A stretch of 43,594 bases of DNA from Candidatus Woesearchaeota archaeon (GTDB lineage Archaea > Nanobdellota > Nanobdellia > Woesearchaeales > UBA11576), in NCBI GenBank assembly GCA_003695435.1, contig RFJL01000011.1, positions 1-43,594 of the forward strand, given 5' to 3'. Shown here piece after piece: positions 42,928 to 43,594 of the stretch (positions are counted from its first letter, which is position 1; each line of letters begins with the position of its first letter). A program made the position numbers and the translations under genes. The notes under the pieces are model-generated. The model was given only the letters and a program-made list of their open reading frames with translations, ran no database searches and was not told the origin of the DNA.

Positions 42928-43594
42928 TCAATTCTTGGATTTTTTTTCACTTATTTTTTCTTTTACCTTATTGCGCATTCTTTCATGAAACTCCTTAAGT
43001 TTGGCAGTTCCCTTTTCGAAAAGAGTCTTACAGGATTCCTTGCTTTTTTTACAATAATTTGCAGTAATTGCTCCCCAATTATCCAATGCAAGGTTGGGAT
43101 ATTTGACTTTATCCTGCCACGAATTAAGAAACACAATATCTTCTAACGTGTACTTAACTGGAATGTACGGCGTCTCATCAGCGTAGCCAATGGGAATAAG
43201 TGCTTCAACACGAATTGTTGTGGGAATAGAACAAATATTCTTCACATCATATTCCTCAAAAGTTCCAATCCAGCAAGCACCAAGACCTTGATCCTGAGCC
43301 ATCAAAAGGATGTTCTCAATTGCAGCAGCACAACTTTGCGAAGCAAACATATCTGCCCGCTTAGGTCCAAACTGACGTTCCATTTTTCGAGGCTCAGAAC
43401 ACACAACGATAATAACCGGCGCAGTTCCAATCCAAAATTGCTCTGCACACACATGTGCAAGCGCATCTCTTTTTTGCTCATCAGTTACTACAATGAATCT
43501 CCACGTCTGTAAATTTCCCGCACTTGGTGCTTCTCGTGCAGCTTCAAGAAGCATGCCTATCTTGTCCCACTCCACAGGTTGTTGTTTAAACTTA
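42928..43594 (-). CDS. nitroreductase-family flavoprotein with Lys-rich C-terminal tail; 5' end probably beyond the right window edge
   Basis: LLEAAREAPSAGNLQTWRFIVV is the nitroreductase signature. The frame stays open upstream of the GTG at 43575 to the window end (..KFKQQPVEW..), matching the usual R-x-F-xxx-P-V N-terminal motif. Confidence 0.8.
   Translation of the reverse strand, partial: KFKQQPVEWDKIGMLLEAAREAPSAGNLQTWRFIVVTDEQKRDALAHVCAEQFWIGTAPVIIVVCSEPRKMERQFGPKRADMFASQSCAAAIENILLMAQDQGLGACWIGTFEEYDVKNICSIPTTIRVEALIPIGYADETPYIPVKYTLEDIVFLNSWQDKVKYPNLALDNWGAITANYCKKSKESCKTLFEKGTAKLKEFHERMRNKVKEKISEKKSKN

Overview
Compact, AT-rich (roughly 40% GC by eye) archaeal chromosome segment made mostly of housekeeping genes. 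Archaeal markers are Orc1/Cdc6, CDC48, deoxyhypusine synthase, diphthine synthase, uS15, RtcB plus archease, GatD, XPD, NreA, SMC and FtsZ. TTTATAAA-type TATA boxes sit about 22-30 nt upstream of many start codons, suggesting mostly leaderless mRNAs. Small genes, truncated proteins, a murein-type lytic transglycosylase and intron-rich tRNAs suggest a DPANN-like reduced archaeon, but this is inference only. I call about 38 protein genes, including one edge-truncated gene and three micro-ORFs absent from the ORF track. I also call four tRNA genes missed by the track: Ser-GCU with a canonical intron, initiator Met, and Gly-UCC and Gln-UUG each with a non-canonical T-loop intron. No CRISPR array, rRNA, transposase or integrase was seen. 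The most unusual items are: (1) a single 766-aa ORF fusing a voltage-sensor domain (S1-S4, no pore) to an APC amino-acid permease and a degenerate methyltransferase-like domain; (2) a 1.2-kb non-housekeeping islet between rtcB and orc1/cdc6, holding a compositionally atypical 186-aa ORF, a GC-rich 75-nt hairpin element, two overlapping SD-preceded micro-ORFs, a leader hairpin and ORB-like TCCAGTGGA repeats that may mark a replication origin; (3) the T-loop tRNA introns, with a leader/trailer helix around tRNA-Gln; (4) an SLT/GH23-like protein; (5) a translationally coupled deoxyhypusine synthase-decarboxylase pair. All functional calls rest on motif recognition by eye and need profile or structure searches.
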